Shown here one piece after another: positions 61,118 to 64,000 of a stretch of 64,000 nt of DNA (position 1 is its first letter; each line of letters begins with the position of its first letter). The notes under the pieces are model-generated. The model was not told the DNA's origin. It was given only the letters and a program-made list of their open reading frames with translations, and did no database searches. A program made the position numbers and the translations under genes. Location of the stretch: NCBI GenBank assembly GCA_010909165.1, contig MU008177.1, positions 62,001 through 126,000 of the forward strand. Reading direction: 5' to 3'. This stretch comes from Anthoceros angustus (taxonomy: Eukaryota; Plantae; Anthocerotophyta).

Positions 61118-63916
61118 ATGGGGAAAGGCCAACCAACTGGACCTACCGGTGCCATATTAGGGATCCCAAGCCCGTCCCGCTCCACAGATGTCAACCCAGG
61201 TGGACAACGGAAGTCTAGGATTGAGGAGAACAGAAGCTGTCAAGACATTCTGTTTTTGATTGTGTTTGGGGCTTTCTGGGTGGGAATGATCATTAACAGC
61301 AGCTATGGAATCAATAAGGGAGATCCGAGGAGGTAAGAGATTTCTGGTCAGGTTGAGTTACTGGGTTGAAGTGACTGAAGGCTCGTCGCTGACAGGGCTC
61401 ATGGTTTTGGTTTTTTCCAGATTGGTGTATGGCTTAGACTATAAGGGGAATGTCTGTGGCGACAGCAAGGCTCACCCCAACTTGAAAGATTATAAGGTCC
61501 GGTACTGGATGAATCCAAACCAGGTGTACGATGCAGGAGACCTTGACAATCCGTTCAAGCTTGTGGATGCAAGAAGCATTTGTCTAGGAGGCTGCCCTAC
61601 ACCAGCCAGCAATGGGACCCTGAGTTGGGTTTGTGATTATCCAGAAGGGTCCATTAGTAGTTTGTCAACGGGAGACTGGCAGGCTAGGAATTATGACTAC
61701 TATAACTTGCTGACACCAGAACAGCAGTCTTCTTCCCTCAACCTCACTGGGCCGTGCTACCCAGTGCTGTTCTCAAGCAAGAATTGTAAGCAAAGTTCTT
61801 TTTTTGGTTATTCCTGTCGGTCCTTGTGCCTGAAAGCTGAAGAACGTGTCTGACTAAAATGTAGTATTCTGTTCGGGACAAGCCCTTGTCTACGGCAACA
61901 AACTCAACTGCTGATCAGTGGGAACTTGTACCAGTATTTTGGAGCTGCCAGCTATCGAGTAGTCCGTCAGATGCTGCAATCCAGACATGGAAAGGACTTG
62001 GCGGTGTCACAATAAATACCGGAAACTTTATCTCTGAGGCAGTGAATAAGGCTTTGACCGGTTCCACTGCTGTTGCCAAGGTAGATTCATCGACAAAAGA
62101 TCAGCGGTGTTCATCTTCCGTGTCACTGCATTTCCATTATCGAAACGTTTGATTTTCCTTGAGTTCTATCAGGGTTTAGCAAGTCTAACCATTGGTTTGT
62201 CTTCTCTCGTTGCAGAGATACGTCGCAGACCTCGGCAATGCTTGGCCAGTACTGGTAGTGTGTGGTGTGATCGCCCCGTTTCTGCTCTCTGTGGCTTGGC
62301 TGCTCTTAATTCGGTACTTTGTGGGAGTGGTGGCCTGGGTAACAATCGCTCTCTTCAATATCCTGATGATTATCGTCACGGTCTTCTTCTACATCAAAGG
62401 TTCTGCCTTGTTCTTCCATCTGAGAGTCGCTGTTGTACTTACTGCATTTGAATTTGGGAGAGGGGGGAGGGTGCGGGGTTCCTATGACAGGGACACTAAA
62501 TCGTATTTTGGGTTGTACAGCTGGATGGATCGGTCACGACGCAGTTTCTGCAGTAATAGGGAGTAATGCAGCCGACGCTCTGCCATTAGACGCCTCCTCA
62601 ACGGTAGCTAGCCTGTACATCTGGCAGATTTTGGCCGTTGCTCTATTGTACAGCACCTTAACTGTTCTGCAAACTCACTGTTGTGCAGGAGCAGAAGCAC
62701 TTGAAGATTGTTGCCGTCATAATGACTATTATCACTGTGCTAACAATTTTGATCACAATCGTCCTCATCAGGCGACTTGTTATTGCCATAGCTGTCATTA
62801 AGGTAAGCAGATGGTGAAGTTAAGTAGCAGCAGATGAAAAGCACCTATGCGCTAGCGTAGTGACTCTTACGAATGCATGCATGTGTGCAGGTTGCAGCCA
62901 AGTCTCTTGGAGCTATCCCCACTCTCACCATCTACCCAATCATTCCTTTCGTCGGAACTTTTGTGTTTGGCATTTACTGGGTGGTAGCTGCTCTGTACCT
63001 CTTCAGTGCTGGGACTGTTCGGCAGAACAGTTGCAATGGCGGCTGCCAGGCCTACAGCCTGGCCACGGGGACTCTCAGCAGTGAAGGATGTTGCGGATAC
63101 GAAATTCACTACGCCAAGAACATAGGATGGGCAATTTTCTACCACATATTTGGTTTTTTCTGGACCGTCCAGTTCATCATCGCATGCTCTCTCACCACCA
63201 TTGCTGGAGCAGTCGCTGCCTACTACTGGTCTCGGGGGGAGATCTCGGTTAGTCATCCAGTTCCCAGCAATCCCAGATTTTCCAGTTCCTGATTGGTCTG
63301 TCCTTTTCTCATCTCTGTCGTCTTAATGACTGCAGATTATCTCCGACTTCCCCTTACTGAAGTCTGCAAAGCGGGTGCTCCGTTACAGCCTGGGATCCAT
63401 GGCTCTGGGTTCCCTTGTGGTTGCTATAATAGAAATGATCCGCTTCATCCTGGAATGGATCCGCACCAAGCTCAAAGCATTAGAGGCAGCTCCTGGGGGT
63501 TGCTGCATCACCGTACTGTGCTGCTGCGCTCAGTGTTGTCTCGGCTGCATCGAGTGGACCGTAAAGTTCATCAACCGCAATGCTTACGTTGTGGTAAGAT
63601 AACAATGCAACCACCCCCCACATCATTCACGGCGCATGTCGTGTACTTTAAACGCCAACTAACTCATCCGTGTCCGTGACGGCTGCAGATTGCCGTGACC
63701 GGAACCGGCTTTTGCCGTGCTGCTGGCAGGGCCACCTCCTTGATCATCAGCAACATCCTCCGAGTGGGGGTAGTTAACGTGATCGGCGATGTCATGCTCT
63801 TCATCGGCAAGATCACCGTGAGCCTTGCTGCAGCCGTGTTCGCCTTCCTCATGCTGGATCAGCACCGGTTCAAGTCCGGCAGCAACAAAGTGTCGTCCCC
63901 TCTCTTCCCCGTCCTG
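61118..63916 (+). CDS. CTL1: Choline transporter-like protein (CTL/SLC44 family), 3' end beyond the window
   Basis: Exons 61118-61332, 61421-61785, 61935-62080, 62216-62399, 62521-62603, 62689-62802, 62891-63247, 63336-63593 and 63689-63916 join in frame with GT-AG introns. Hallmarks RSCQDILFL, YGLDYKGNVCG, RYSLGSMALGS and FINRNAY. Confidence 0.93.
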
Positions 63917-64000
63917 GTGACCACTCCTTCCTTGCTTTTCCTGCTCCGCTCAGGATTATGATCCAGGTTGTTTTCCTTATGAGTTAACCCTAAACCTCGC

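Noticed and set aside
63985-63996. Telomere-like TAACCCTAAACC at the window end
   Set aside because: Fewer than two repeat units, inside a CTL intron; not an interstitial telomeric array.

Overview
Land-plant genomic DNA. Short GT-AG introns and compact GC-rich genes suggest a non-seed plant such as a hornwort or Selaginella (inference only). About 46.5 kb (2418-48927) is one head-to-tail tandem array of a ~2.58-kb unit with 19 anchor copies. Each full unit carries a single CACTA/En-Spm transposon end (CACTACTAGAAAA plus subterminal repeats), an orphan signal-peptide exon (A), a two-exon gene (B) for a secreted ~160-aa protein resembling EG45-like/plant natriuretic peptide DPBB proteins (17 copies), and an unexplained GC-rich coding-like segment (C). 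A diverged, inverted relative of gene B at 53714-54139 independently supports the splice sites, reading frame and stop codon. Copy-to-copy variation is mostly indels at CG/CHG-rich patches and looks like long-read consensus error, so the intactness of individual copies cannot be judged. Left of the array is a GC-rich TE-like tract with a minisatellite. Right of it are a truncated Ty1/copia 5' end (LTR, PBS, gag, protease motif), two local tandem duplications, a decayed coiled-coil ORF and three clean host genes: a GDSL/SGNH esterase, a SpoU/TrmH methyltransferase with a GC-AG intron, and a choline transporter-like gene that runs off the window.
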